Below, in pieces: positions 49,743 through 60,072 of a DNA stretch of 64,000 bases (position 1 is the stretch's first letter; each line of letters starts with the position of its first letter). This DNA is from Bacteroidota bacterium (GTDB lineage Bacteria; Bacteroidota; Ignavibacteria; UBA10030). The stretch spans positions 21,105 to 85,104 of the forward strand of contig JBEKNC010000006.1 of assembly GCA_049523215.1 (NCBI GenBank), read 5' to 3'. The position numbers and the translations under genes were made by a program. The notes under the pieces are model-generated. The model worked only from the letters and a program-made list of their open reading frames with translations, ran no database searches and was not told the DNA's origin.

Positions 49743-51602
49743 GTGCTTCGTTCAATCATCACAACATTTTTTATTACAACAAGTCTCTTAGCTCAAAACA
49801 AAGTTGACACGGTCCAACTGCTGCCACCTATACAAGCCAACATAAAGAAAGACACACTTTTCTTGCAAGTACAGCGTCCGGATAAGGATACTATTTGGAC
49901 ATTTGCCTCGCGTTATCGGATAGCCGCTTGCACACGTCCGGATGCGAAAGCATTTATTAACGGGAAGCAAACAAAAGTATATGCAAGCGGAGCGTTTGTT
50001 GAACTTGCACATATTAACGTCGATACAAATATTATTCGTTTCACCGTAAAGTCGGCAGCCGGTGATTCGTTGTGGAAGGAGTTTGTCATCATTTGTCCCG
50101 AACCGATGAAGAACTCACCGCACGACACGCTTGTCATCGAACAAGCTATGATGGAACCATCCGAAGATATGTGGTTGACAACAGGCGATGTGCTGGAAGT
50201 AAAATTTAAAGGAAGCCCGGGATGGGAAGCATCGTTTGATATTCCGAAAGTTGAATCAGGAATTCCAATGCGCGAAGTGCCGCCGAGCGAAGGCGGCGGA
50301 TTTACCGGCATCTACATCGGCCGCTACAAAGTAAAAGCGACTGACGTAACGCATGAAGTACAGATCGAATTCCGACTGAAGAAAGGTTTCTGGAGCCGTG
50401 AGAAAGCATACTCTACAGCGAAGATTTCTATTCTTCCAAAAGAATTACCGCGCGTTGCAGAAGTTATTGGCAAGCGTCCGTATCTCAATGCCGGGCTTGG
50501 TGAGGATCGGCTTGGTGGTTCAAAACTTGGTTTTCTTCAAGCGGGTGTGCGGGTAGAGGTAACAGGAAAAATCGGATCGCAGTACCGCATACGCTTATCA
50601 GAAACAATGGAAGCATGGCTGTCGGAAGAATTTGCAAAACTCCTTTCGCCGGATACGCCAGTAGTACGATCGCTCGCCGGCGCAATTTCTGCAACCGGCA
50701 GTAGTACAGAAGATATTGTTACGGTTGCTCTTTCTGAAAAGCTTCCTTTCACAAGCGAGCAGTCAGTCAATCCCAATGCAATTGTTGTGGATATCTATGG
50801 TGCAACATCGAATACAAATTGGATTTCGCAGCAGCTTTCTGCAAAAGGAATCGAAAGCATAACATGGAAACAAGTTGCTGCAAACCAGTACCAAATCATC
50901 ATCAGTCTTCTGCATTCACATTGGGGATATGATATTGACTATGCAAGTAATTTGCTGCGCGTGAAGATCCGTCGCGCGCCAATGATGGCGTCGCCCGATT
51001 CAGTTCTTTCCGGACTCACCATTGCCGTTGATGCAGGACATGGCGGCGACAATCACGGTGCAATCGGTGCAACGGGCGTACAAGAAAAAGATATGACCAT
51101 CTCGATGGTTCATTACGTTGATTCTATTCTAACCGCCAAGGGTGCAAAGGTTGTACTAACACGAACGGAAAATGACGGCGCGGCAATGTCCGAGCGCATA
51201 GATAAAATTGTTCGTTCAGGTGCGCGCCTGCTAGTAAGTCTTCATTGTAATTCTGCCGGTGATGCCTCCGATCCGCTTGCTCTTCGCGGGGTCAGCACGT
51301 ACTACCGACATATTGGTTTTAAACCACTTGCCGACATTATGTATGACAAGATGCTTGCTATCGGACTAAAACAGTTTGGTGTTGTAGGTGGCTTTAACTT
51401 TATGCTCAATTCACTAACACAATTGCCCAATGTGCTCATAGAAACGGCGTTTCTTTCTCATCCAGAAGATGAAATGCTTTTGTTGGATAATGGATTCCGA
51501 AAGAAGGTGGCGGAGCAGATTGTAAAAGGACTTGAAGAATTTGTGAAAATTAATGCAGATGGATCGGAAATTGCAAAGGATAAACTAAGAAGTAAAAAGT
51601 AG
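49743..51602 (+). CDS. N-acetylmuramoyl-L-alanine amidase (Amidase_3) with a long N-terminal domain
   Basis: C-terminal IAVDAGHGGDNHGAIG...VSLHCNSA Zn-ligand pattern. Confidence 0.85.
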   Translation: MLRSIITTFFITTSLLAQNKVDTVQLLPPIQANIKKDTLFLQVQRPDKDTIWTFASRYRIAACTRPDAKAFINGKQTKVYASGAFVELAHINVDTNIIRFTVKSAAGDSLWKEFVIICPEPMKNSPHDTLVIEQAMMEPSEDMWLTTGDVLEVKFKGSPGWEASFDIPKVESGIPMREVPPSEGGGFTGIYIGRYKVKATDVTHEVQIEFRLKKGFWSREKAYSTAKISILPKELPRVAEVIGKRPYLNAGLGEDRLGGSKLGFLQAGVRVEVTGKIGSQYRIRLSETMEAWLSEEFAKLLSPDTPVVRSLAGAISATGSSTEDIVTVALSEKLPFTSEQSVNPNAIVVDIYGATSNTNWISQQLSAKGIESITWKQVAANQYQIIISLLHSHWGYDIDYASNLLRVKIRRAPMMASPDSVLSGLTIAVDAGHGGDNHGAIGATGVQEKDMTISMVHYVDSILTAKGAKVVLTRTENDGAAMSERIDKIVRSGARLLVSLHCNSAGDASDPLALRGVSTYYRHIGFKPLADIMYDKMLAIGLKQFGVVGGFNFMLNSLTQLPNVLIETAFLSHPEDEMLLLDNGFRKKVAEQIVKGLEEFVKINADGSEIAKDKLRSKK

Positions 51603-51718
51603 AATAAAGTTTATTTTGCATTTATCTTTTTTTACTTCGCGCCATTGTTCCCTCCAACAAATTTGAGTAAATTGATTAAACTAATTTTTTATCAACTCTT
51701 ATTATATGGACGCCGGTT

Positions 51719-53110
51719 ATGCCAAATCAAACGCTTTGGGGTGGACGATTCAAAGAACCTCTCGCTGAAATTGCATTGAAGTTTTCTTCTTCCATTGAAT
51801 TCGATAAACTTTTGTACGTAGAAGACATTGCAGGAAGTATCGCCCACGTCGAAATGCTTGCCGCATGTAAGATTCTTACTGCAACAGAAGGACGGCGCAT
51901 TCGCACAGCCCTGAAGGCAATCCAGAAAGACATTGAAACTGGAAAATTTAAATTGACGTCTGAGTATGAAGACGTGCACTCGGCAATCGAGCAACGGCTC
52001 ACACAAAAAATCGGTGCGCTTGGCGGAAAACTCCACACAGCCCGCAGCCGCAACGATCAGATTGCACTTGATGAACGATTATTTCTCCGCACCGCTATAC
52101 GTGAAATCAGCAAACTCGTCATTAATCTTCAGCGAGTGCTGCTCTATAAAGCGGAAAAGAATTATGGCGTTTTGATGCCGGGCTATACCCACGCACAGCG
52201 GGCGCAAGCCATTATGTTGTCGCATCACCTGCTGGCGTATATCAGCATGTTAGAACGCGACTTCGAGCGCTTGCAGGATTGTAGCAGGCGTCTGAATAAA
52301 TCTCCGCTTGGCGCTGCGGCATTTGCCGGAACACCGTTCCCGATCAACCGTGCATTGGTAGCAAAGAAATTAGGCTTTGATGGTATCGTGGACAATAGTA
52401 TCGATGCCGTGAGCGATAGGGATTTCATTCTTGAATTCATCTCTGCATGCAGTTTGATGATGATGCACCTGAGCCGTTGTGCTGAAGAGCTCGTGCTTTG
52501 GACCACGAAAGAATTTTCCTTCGCTCAAATCAGCGACTCCTACACGACCGGCAGCAGTATTATGCCGCAGAAAAAGAATCCGGATATGGCGGAACTGGTT
52601 CGCGGTAAAACAGGACGTGTGTATGGAGCATTGGTGAATCTTTTGACGACGATGAAAGGACTGCCGCTCGCATACAACCGCGATATGCAGGAAGACAAAC
52701 AGCCAATGTTCGATGTCGTGAAGACGGCGCGAGAGTCTCTCTTTATCCTTGCGCATGTCTTGGTCCATACGACGTTTGACAAATTCCATCTGGAAGAAGA
52801 ACTCCGCACAGATTTTCTCACCGCAACGGATATGGCTGACTATCTTGTCACGAAAGGTATTCCCTTCCGCGAGGCACATACGATCACAGGCGAAGTCGTT
52901 CAATACTGCGTGACACGTAAGATGTATTTCGGCAATCTGGATCTTGGCACGCTGAGGGAATTCTCACCGAAGTTCGAGTCGGATATCTTTGATTTTATTT
53001 TGCCTCAAACAAGCGTTGAGCGCAAGCAATCGGCAGGAAGCACAAGCCCGCAGGAAGTAAAAAAACAAATTGTGCATTGGACTCGAGTGTTGAATAAACG
53101 AAGAGTCTAG
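51719..53110 (+). CDS. argH: Argininosuccinate lyase
   Basis: LWGGRFKEPLAEIALKFSSSIEFD. Fumarate-lyase signature GSSIMPQKKNPD. Confidence 0.9.
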   Translation: MPNQTLWGGRFKEPLAEIALKFSSSIEFDKLLYVEDIAGSIAHVEMLAACKILTATEGRRIRTALKAIQKDIETGKFKLTSEYEDVHSAIEQRLTQKIGALGGKLHTARSRNDQIALDERLFLRTAIREISKLVINLQRVLLYKAEKNYGVLMPGYTHAQRAQAIMLSHHLLAYISMLERDFERLQDCSRRLNKSPLGAAAFAGTPFPINRALVAKKLGFDGIVDNSIDAVSDRDFILEFISACSLMMMHLSRCAEELVLWTTKEFSFAQISDSYTTGSSIMPQKKNPDMAELVRGKTGRVYGALVNLLTTMKGLPLAYNRDMQEDKQPMFDVVKTARESLFILAHVLVHTTFDKFHLEEELRTDFLTATDMADYLVTKGIPFREAHTITGEVVQYCVTRKMYFGNLDLGTLREFSPKFESDIFDFILPQTSVERKQSAGSTSPQEVKKQIVHWTRVLNKRRV

Positions 53111-53132
53111 TGCTGTCTTTGTGCTGATTATA

Positions 53133-53176
53133 AAAAAGCCGTCCTGTTCCATCAAGACGGCTTTTGTGTTTTTCTA
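53133..53176. terminator. Rho-independent terminator, bidirectional position between argH and the convergent gene
   Basis: aaaagccgtcctg-ttccatc-aagacggctttt followed by gtgtttttc. Confidence 0.6.
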
Positions 53177-53211
53177 TGCAACTCCATAATTGCTATATGT
53201 TCACTGCTTAA

Positions 53212-54774
53212 CTACCAGTTATATCGTATGGTATAGGTAATTATTTTTTCTTCGTCCTTTTTCAGCTTCACAGAAAACTTGATTGTAGTCTGATCTACTT
53301 TTTCCCAAGAGGCATTGTTTTTTGTAATATCCCATTCATTCCAGCGCCATGGATGTTCATAGACGAGAATTTCGACCGGTTCTGATTTGTGGTTGCGTAC
53401 TTTTATCTCAAATGTCTCATCGACGACGTGGCCAGAAACAACGACACGAAAATCTTTCTGTGCTCTTTCGCCGACAATGTCGAATGCGTTTCCGAGATAC
53501 AGTTTAATTTCTTCATCCTTTGGTGTGTGATCGATTTCATCTTCACCAATGAATTGTTCTTTACCATCATCATCTCGTTTGTAGACGCGCACTTTGCCCT
53601 TCGGTAATGCGATGCCGAGCCCGGCTTTCTCTTCGTTCTTAAAAGTCATAAATACACCGACTTTTTTGTTCGATTCCTGGCCGAAACTTCCCTGCGCACG
53701 ATACGAGTAGTTATTGTACCAATACCGCCACTGATCAGAAAGACCGTCATAGATAAAGACTTTTTTTGAAAGAACATTTTTTGCAGATGTTAGCTCAATC
53801 TGCTTTGTTTCGTTATTACCAAGATCTGTTTTGCGCTGGAGCGAATAGAGTTTGTATTCAAACAGTTCTTTTTGCTGAAATTGTGGTGCGGCAACTTTCT
53901 CGTCCATCGCCATCCTAGATTTCATCATGCCGCTATAACTGGCTTGCTCTTCCTTTACAAGATTGACGTCACCTGCGACAAGTTTAAGTCCGGCATTTTT
54001 AAATGTTGTGCCGGAGTTATTTATCACGGTAACCCAGCCTGTGAGATCGATTTCTGTATCTCCCGCACTTAATAGAGCAACATAATTGCAGCTCCAAGTC
54101 AACTGATTGGCAAGGTAACTGATTTCCGTTTTGTGCTGGCCTGCCTTTGTTGTATTGACGAGCCACTCAAGCTGCGGTTTGAGAATCAATCCCTCCGGCA
54201 AACTGGGAAGGACAAGCCGACCCTCGGGACCGATTTCGATCTTTCCGTTGATCTCTGCAATCATTTGTCCTGACATATAATACGGTGCATTACCGCCATA
54301 TTGATTATAATTTAGCTGCGGCTGCCAACCGGTAGCAAGAAGTTTTCCTTTGACGGTGTAATCTTTCTTTGATTCGTTGTCTGTTCGGATAAATTCCACT
54401 TCTTTGCCGATGTATTTTTCCATTAACTTAGCTTGGTGTACAAGGTCGTACTGGTAGTTTTGTTCTAGCACTTTCACTGCTGCCGGGTCGGTGAGACTTG
54501 AAAAGTGCAGCGACGTGCCGTCGATGGTGGCAGGAATATCGGGAATAACGACGCGGTTCAATCCTTTCGCCAAGTCGATTGTGCGTTCCTCACGAACCAG
54601 TGCAAGATTAGCATTATAGATAGTGAGGTCGACCGATTGGCGATTGCTTGCCGGCGTGATAGGCTGTGCTGATGTTTCATACCAGCCACTCATCAACACA
54701 CCAACAACAGTGAACAACGAGCAAAAGAGATTTTTCATAGCGAACTCCTTTCGTTTATGGTTAACGAATACCAT
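53212..54774 (-). CDS. Hypothetical secreted protein (possibly DUF4139-like)
   Basis: Signal peptide MKNLFCSLFTVVGVLMSGWYETSAQ (alternative start 54739). No catalytic motif recognised. Confidence 0.5.
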   Translation of the reverse strand: MVFVNHKRKEFAMKNLFCSLFTVVGVLMSGWYETSAQPITPASNRQSVDLTIYNANLALVREERTIDLAKGLNRVVIPDIPATIDGTSLHFSSLTDPAAVKVLEQNYQYDLVHQAKLMEKYIGKEVEFIRTDNESKKDYTVKGKLLATGWQPQLNYNQYGGNAPYYMSGQMIAEINGKIEIGPEGRLVLPSLPEGLILKPQLEWLVNTTKAGQHKTEISYLANQLTWSCNYVALLSAGDTEIDLTGWVTVINNSGTTFKNAGLKLVAGDVNLVKEEQASYSGMMKSRMAMDEKVAAPQFQQKELFEYKLYSLQRKTDLGNNETKQIELTSAKNVLSKKVFIYDGLSDQWRYWYNNYSYRAQGSFGQESNKKVGVFMTFKNEEKAGLGIALPKGKVRVYKRDDDGKEQFIGEDEIDHTPKDEEIKLYLGNAFDIVGERAQKDFRVVVSGHVVDETFEIKVRNHKSEPVEILVYEHPWRWNEWDITKNNASWEKVDQTTIKFSVKLKKDEEKIITYTIRYNW

Positions 54775-54823
54775 AAGTTAATATGATGGAATTCAAAAAG
54801 GTAAATAAATCTTTCTATGTTTT

Positions 54824-55735
54824 TTATTTTGTAGATGCAGATTTCCGTTTTGCCATTTTATCCCACAACTTTATCAACAATGGAGCAAGAGCAAGCGCAA
54901 GGAATGCAACTGCAATACCTACCACTGCATCGGTCACATAATGATAACGGCAATAGAACGTAGAAATGTACAGTGAGAGTACGATTGGTGACAAAATCCA
55001 GAACGATGGGCGATGATATCGATATGCCATCATCCACATAATTGTTGCGGCGGCTGTATGCGGACTGGGGATCGATCCGCCGGCAAAGTGCAGGTACTTC
55101 CGCATGCACTCACCAAGAAATGTCCAGACCCAACCATCTAATGGAACAGTGTATAATTGTTTGATGTAATACATCGGACTCGCGACGGGAAAAAGGATGA
55201 AGCCAATATCACAGAGAATGTTGGTGAAGCCGAGCGTGAAGAAGTAATCCTCCATTGCCAGCTCGCCGCGCAAATAATAAATGATTCCGCAAAGCACGGG
55301 ATACATAGGAACATAAATCACGTAAGAGAACATCATCCATTCCGTCAGAGGTTTAGAGATGAAGTCTTCAAGCCATAAAGTTGGTTGTACACCGAAAACC
55401 CATTGTTCGAAATCGGTAACATAATAATCCATCCATTCACCATGAATCAGCAATTGGAATTTATCGACGGCACCGAAAAGATAAGCATAGGTCAAAGTTA
55501 CTGTTGCAACGCGCAGAAAAAATCGCCAGAATTTCTTCGAAGTTTTCTCACTCAACCGGTTGAAGAGAATGTATGCAATCGCAACGGCAATGTTTTTCAG
55601 GACCAACATCCACCATCCTTCGATCCGATTGAAAAAGATAATTGCAAGTAAACTGAAGAAGGCAAGTGTTGCGAGAATTAATCCATCTGTCGCTCCAAGT
55701 TGTAATTTTCCGATTGTGAATTTTTTATTTGTCAT
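54824..55735 (-). CDS. PAP2-superfamily membrane protein (AUR1 / inositol-phosphorylceramide-synthase-like, PAP2_3)
   Basis: PAP2 motifs PSPHTA (C2) and RYHYVTD (C3) in a polytopic membrane protein. Confidence 0.6.
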   Translation of the reverse strand: MTNKKFTIGKLQLGATDGLILATLAFFSLLAIIFFNRIEGWWMLVLKNIAVAIAYILFNRLSEKTSKKFWRFFLRVATVTLTYAYLFGAVDKFQLLIHGEWMDYYVTDFEQWVFGVQPTLWLEDFISKPLTEWMMFSYVIYVPMYPVLCGIIYYLRGELAMEDYFFTLGFTNILCDIGFILFPVASPMYYIKQLYTVPLDGWVWTFLGECMRKYLHFAGGSIPSPHTAAATIMWMMAYRYHRPSFWILSPIVLSLYISTFYCRYHYVTDAVVGIAVAFLALALAPLLIKLWDKMAKRKSASTK

Positions 55736-55798
55736 AGTTTATCCACAATGACCTTGCGAAGGTTGTCTTCATCGAAGACATAAGAACCTTCGTAAAAG

Positions 55799-56524
55799 TT
55801 ACCTCGCAAAGCAAATGAAATAATCGAGTGAGATACCAAGAAGCCAATGTGTTGTAATCGCCGGCCAGATTGATTTGGAACGGAACACCAATATTCCCCA
55901 CACCAAAGCACCGAGAATGGAGCCATATATTTCGCTATCCGGTTTGCCGATATGGACGATACATGAGAGAGCAACCTGTACCAGAATGGCGCCCCAAATG
56001 CCGAATCGCGGTGTCAATCCGGTCTGCATAAAACCGCGGAAGAAAATTTCCCAGCTGATGTAATAAATGAGATAGGCAAAAGCGTGCATCGCAAATAGCT
56101 GCATTGAATCACCTGCACCTTTGTACAGCGGATATTCTGCAATATATTGCGGATCTTTTGATGATGGATAGGAGAGCCCAATCATTACCGCCCCGACGAC
56201 AAGCGCTGTCGGAATCCAAAATTTCCAATCGCCAACTTGCAATCCGTAATCAGCAAGCGATTCCTTAAACACCAATTTAATAATAGCGATGGAAGACACA
56301 CCTAGTAAAACAAAGGCAGAAAAATAATTATACCACTCCGCTGTCATTGCGGCACTGTTGAATAAAACAAACGTGTTGCTAAGATGAGCAAGGTAAAACG
56401 ATTTGGTGCCGTAGTACTTCCACGTGGTCAGGACAAGCGGAGCGATGAGGAGAATGATAGTTGGTTTTTTATTCTCTTTGGAAAAAAGCCCAGGAAGAGA
56501 AAAGAAGTCTTCGAATCTGTTCAT
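55799..56524 (-). CDS. CPBP (CAAX/Abi) family intramembrane metalloprotease
   Basis: EIFFRGF (EExxxR), SCIVH (FxxxH), ITTHW motifs. ATGA overlap with the upstream epimerase gene supports the start at 56524. Confidence 0.6.
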   Translation of the reverse strand: MNRFEDFFSLPGLFSKENKKPTIILLIAPLVLTTWKYYGTKSFYLAHLSNTFVLFNSAAMTAEWYNYFSAFVLLGVSSIAIIKLVFKESLADYGLQVGDWKFWIPTALVVGAVMIGLSYPSSKDPQYIAEYPLYKGAGDSMQLFAMHAFAYLIYYISWEIFFRGFMQTGLTPRFGIWGAILVQVALSCIVHIGKPDSEIYGSILGALVWGILVFRSKSIWPAITTHWLLGISLDYFICFAR

Positions 56525-57540
56525 GATATTTTCTTCTTGAGTTGGCGTTGTTGGAGAATCCATTCGTAGGTCAAACGAATTCCTTCCTTGAGAGGTGTGA
56601 ATGTATAACCAAGTTCTCGTTCGGCTTTTGCACACGAATAAGCCCAATCCTGCAAAAATGTTTCTACCCAGCCGGTAGTTATCTGTGGATAAACGCCGAA
56701 TCTATTGGCTGCAAATTTTTGGATACCGCCGTACGCAAGTCCTGCTTTCGGTGGAAGATTCACTTGAAAATGCTTCTTGCCACTGACTTCATCCACCAAT
56801 TCGAAGAAACGTTTCAATGATGCATTCTCACCGCCAATGATATATCGTTCGCCAATGCGTCCTTTTTCCATCGCAAGAATGTGTCCGCGCACTAGATCGT
56901 CGACGAGAACATAATTTCCGATGTTGACGCCGCGATTTAAAAGGATTGGGATTTGACCTCGATCGTATTGGTCAATCATTAAGCTCACAGAGTTACCTTC
57001 AGTCAGTTTTCCGGGACCGTACACACGCGTGGGGTTCACGATAACAAAAGGAAATCCTTCCGCGGCAAACTTGATTGCCTCTTGCTCCGCAAGAGCTTTC
57101 GTTTCTTCATATTCGGTATAATATTTTTTTGTTATACGCGGCATTGTTTCATCGCCAATAACTCCAGATGTAGTTGGTCCAAATGTAACAATAGTAGATG
57201 TCCATACGACACGCTGAACTCCGATTTGTCTGGCGGCTTCAAAGACGTTCCGCATACCGATGACATTATGGTCATAAAAAATTTTCTGATCAGGTGCCCA
57301 GTTCTTCGTATACGCCGCAAGGTGGAAGACATGCGAACTGTCCTTCATCCCAGCAATAAGCGATTCACGGTTCATAATATCACCTTGTACCAGCTTAATG
57401 TGTTCGTGATCAAGTCCTTCGCGGTTGCTCTTTGCACGTGTTAGTGCGTGAACGGTGTGTCCTTGCCGGACAAGTTCGTTCACAAGCTTCGTGCCGATAA
57501 AACCTGTGGCACCGGTAACAAAAATAGTTGTTGGGTTCAT
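56521..57540 (-). CDS. NAD-dependent epimerase/dehydratase family protein
   Basis: IFVTGATGFIGTKLV. YxxxK in YEETK. Confidence 0.8.
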   Translation of the reverse strand: MNPTTIFVTGATGFIGTKLVNELVRQGHTVHALTRAKSNREGLDHEHIKLVQGDIMNRESLIAGMKDSSHVFHLAAYTKNWAPDQKIFYDHNVIGMRNVFEAARQIGVQRVVWTSTIVTFGPTTSGVIGDETMPRITKKYYTEYEETKALAEQEAIKFAAEGFPFVIVNPTRVYGPGKLTEGNSVSLMIDQYDRGQIPILLNRGVNIGNYVLVDDLVRGHILAMEKGRIGERYIIGGENASLKRFFELVDEVSGKKHFQVNLPPKAGLAYGGIQKFAANRFGVYPQITTGWVETFLQDWAYSCAKAERELGYTFTPLKEGIRLTYEWILQQRQLKKKIS

Positions 57541-57771
57541 AATATTAGGGGCGGATAACAATCCGCCCAAGGGGCGATGTATTCATCACCCAATGAACAT
57601 AGATGTTCAGGTCGTGAGCAAGGTAGAAAAAAATGAGGCGAGAGACAATGAAGAATTTCGAATTCTGCTCACTTGGAAGAACATCTTTTCTCTGGGAGTT
57701 TATAATTCGTACGAAAAAAATCCGTGCAACTCTCGCTGCACGGACACTCCTTTACTTACCCGCACTATCTT

Positions 57772-59445
57772 CTACTCCTGTTTTACCGCATTAACCTTCA
57801 CGTTTACATCAAGCTCGACCGCTTTTTTTGCTTGCTTGAGATCGACACCAATAAGACGGATATTTTCCGAAGTTTCTCCAACAACCTTAACAAACACATC
57901 GGCTGCCGCGGGATATGAGCCCCCATTGATAGTAACATTGCGGCTTGAGATGATATTGAACACTGCACCTGATTGAGGAACAATTCTGCATCCATTCAAT
58001 TGAATTCCATCCGCATCGGCAATGTATACACCTCGTTTTGATGTAATAGATACATTCTCAAGATTCATGTTCTTGATCGACATTTCTGGAAGTCCGTTGA
58101 TAACCACCGCTCGATCTGCTCCGTTGCAGACGATATTCTTAACGTAGAAATCTTTGAATTGCGGCGTCATGTTTGTCACAACCTCCGCTTTCCGGATAGT
58201 CAAGTCCTTTCTTGCTTCCACATCGGGTGCACCGCCGGAATAATACATATCGAAGAGAATAGCGTCGGTCACGATCTCGCGCATTTGTATACCATCGAAG
58301 AATACCTTTTCTATGATACCACCCCTATCCCGCGCCGATTTGAATCGAAGTCCCACATCCGTTCCGATAAAGACACAGTTGCGGACGGAAACGTTGCGCA
58401 CACCTCCATAACTTTCGCTGCCAATGACAAAACCTCCATGTGCATGGTAAACGACACAGTCAGCAACCACGATATTCTCACACGCCGGCCCTGGCATTTG
58501 GCTCTCAGCAACGGCTCCCGGTTTAAGACAAATTCCATCATCGCCGACATCGATCAGACAGTTGTAGATTACAACATTGCGGCAAGATGCTGGATCAATC
58601 GCGTCTGTGTTTTTTCCGGATACAGGTGCAAACACTTTCACATTGCGGATGATCAGGTTTTCACATTGTACTAGAAGGATGTGATACCTGGGAGAATTCT
58701 CGAAGGTCGGGCCATCAAATAAAATATCATTGCATTGAATAAGATTTACAAGATTGGGACGCAGGTATTCCCGTGTCTTTTTATAATCCGCCACCGTGAG
58801 TTCCTTTTTCAATTGTGCGATATCTTTCAAAAACCGTTCTCCCTCCATTGCTTCTTTTGATGGCCACCATGCTTCGCCATTCGCCGACACAACGCCTCCA
58901 GAAGCAGTGAGCGCTTTCCATTGCAGTTCAGTTAAATCTTCCCGTAAGACATAACGCCAGACTTCTCCGGCGCCGTTGAAAACACCTTCACCGGTAAAAG
59001 CAATGTTGGATGCTTTATTAGCACTGATCAGCGGAGTTTTACCATAACGTTCTGATCTGCCATCAGGACTTTGGATGAACGGATAATCATCAATATTCTT
59101 GCTGAACTGAACAAGCGCACCCTTTTCCACATGAAGATTGATATTGCTTTCCAGTTTGATCGGTCCTGTGAGCCATGTTCCTGGAGGGACGAGCACCGTT
59201 CCGCCTCCTGCTTTAACACATGCTGCAATCGCATCGGCAAATGGTTTGGTATTCATCGTATGCCCATCGGCAATAGCACCGTACTCCACAATACTAAATG
59301 TGCGGTTCGGAAACTGCGGCTCTTTCATTTCCGGCATCGTGAACGAAAGGTTGGCAAGATAATCCTTCAGTTGCTTCTGACCTCTTGCATTGACACTAAA
59401 GACAAACACGAAGATACAGGCTATAATAGCATATTTGCGGAACAT
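57772..59445 (-). CDS. Glycoside hydrolase family 28 (polygalacturonase-like), secreted
   Basis: NTDAID, HAHGGFVIGSE, RFKS. The GH28 NTDGID / G(H/D)G.S.GS / R.K triad. Signal peptide. Confidence 0.75.
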   Translation of the reverse strand: MFRKYAIIACIFVFVFSVNARGQKQLKDYLANLSFTMPEMKEPQFPNRTFSIVEYGAIADGHTMNTKPFADAIAACVKAGGGTVLVPPGTWLTGPIKLESNINLHVEKGALVQFSKNIDDYPFIQSPDGRSERYGKTPLISANKASNIAFTGEGVFNGAGEVWRYVLREDLTELQWKALTASGGVVSANGEAWWPSKEAMEGERFLKDIAQLKKELTVADYKKTREYLRPNLVNLIQCNDILFDGPTFENSPRYHILLVQCENLIIRNVKVFAPVSGKNTDAIDPASCRNVVIYNCLIDVGDDGICLKPGAVAESQMPGPACENIVVADCVVYHAHGGFVIGSESYGGVRNVSVRNCVFIGTDVGLRFKSARDRGGIIEKVFFDGIQMREIVTDAILFDMYYSGGAPDVEARKDLTIRKAEVVTNMTPQFKDFYVKNIVCNGADRAVVINGLPEMSIKNMNLENVSITSKRGVYIADADGIQLNGCRIVPQSGAVFNIISSRNVTINGGSYPAAADVFVKVVGETSENIRLIGVDLKQAKKAVELDVNVKVNAVKQE

Positions 59446-59672
59446 TTTGTTTTCCTTTCTTTATGATTGAATGGTCAACACTCTAATATACGACGAAACA
59501 AGATCGAATGACAAACGAAAATGACGCCGGAATTATTTTGTTATTTATTGAAAAGGGCAGAAATTTGCTTGATTTTTTTTTAGTTCTCTTTTTTTTTCTA
59601 ATGTATGAAATAGTTGCAATTGAATATTCCTTGTAATATAATGAATCATTCACCTATTTACTTATCCATGGA

Positions 59673-60035
59673 GTGTGTATGAAATACGTCATTCTCTGTA
59701 TTCTCGCATTATCTTTTATTTCATGTCAAGAAATCGTTAACACACCGCCGCTTACCTATGATTTGAAACAGAATTATCCTAATCCGTTTACCGATACCAC
59801 ACGGATAGTCTATGGTGTTCCGTCTGTCGGGGCAAATGCTACAGGACCGTGGATACGCATCGTTATCAAGGATCGATTCAATCATACGGAAGCCACACTT
59901 ATTGATACCTACAATCATCCGGCGGGTTATGACACAGTTGTATGGAACGGCCGTAGAGCAAATTATCAAAAAGTTTCAGCTGGAATATATTACATCGAAC
60001 TTCAACAATTGACTCAAGGTGATGTGTATGTTTAA
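59673..60035 (+). CDS. Small lipoprotein consisting essentially of a T9SS-CTD-like β-sandwich domain
   Basis: Lipobox FISCQ. LKQNYPNPFTDTTRIVY...SAGIYYIEL resembles the T9SS C-terminal domain. Confidence 0.5.
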   Translation: MCMKYVILCILALSFISCQEIVNTPPLTYDLKQNYPNPFTDTTRIVYGVPSVGANATGPWIRIVIKDRFNHTEATLIDTYNHPAGYDTVVWNGRRANYQKVSAGIYYIELQQLTQGDVYV

Positions 60036-60072
60036 GGCCGCCGGGTCGCACTAAAACAATAAGGAACCTGCA

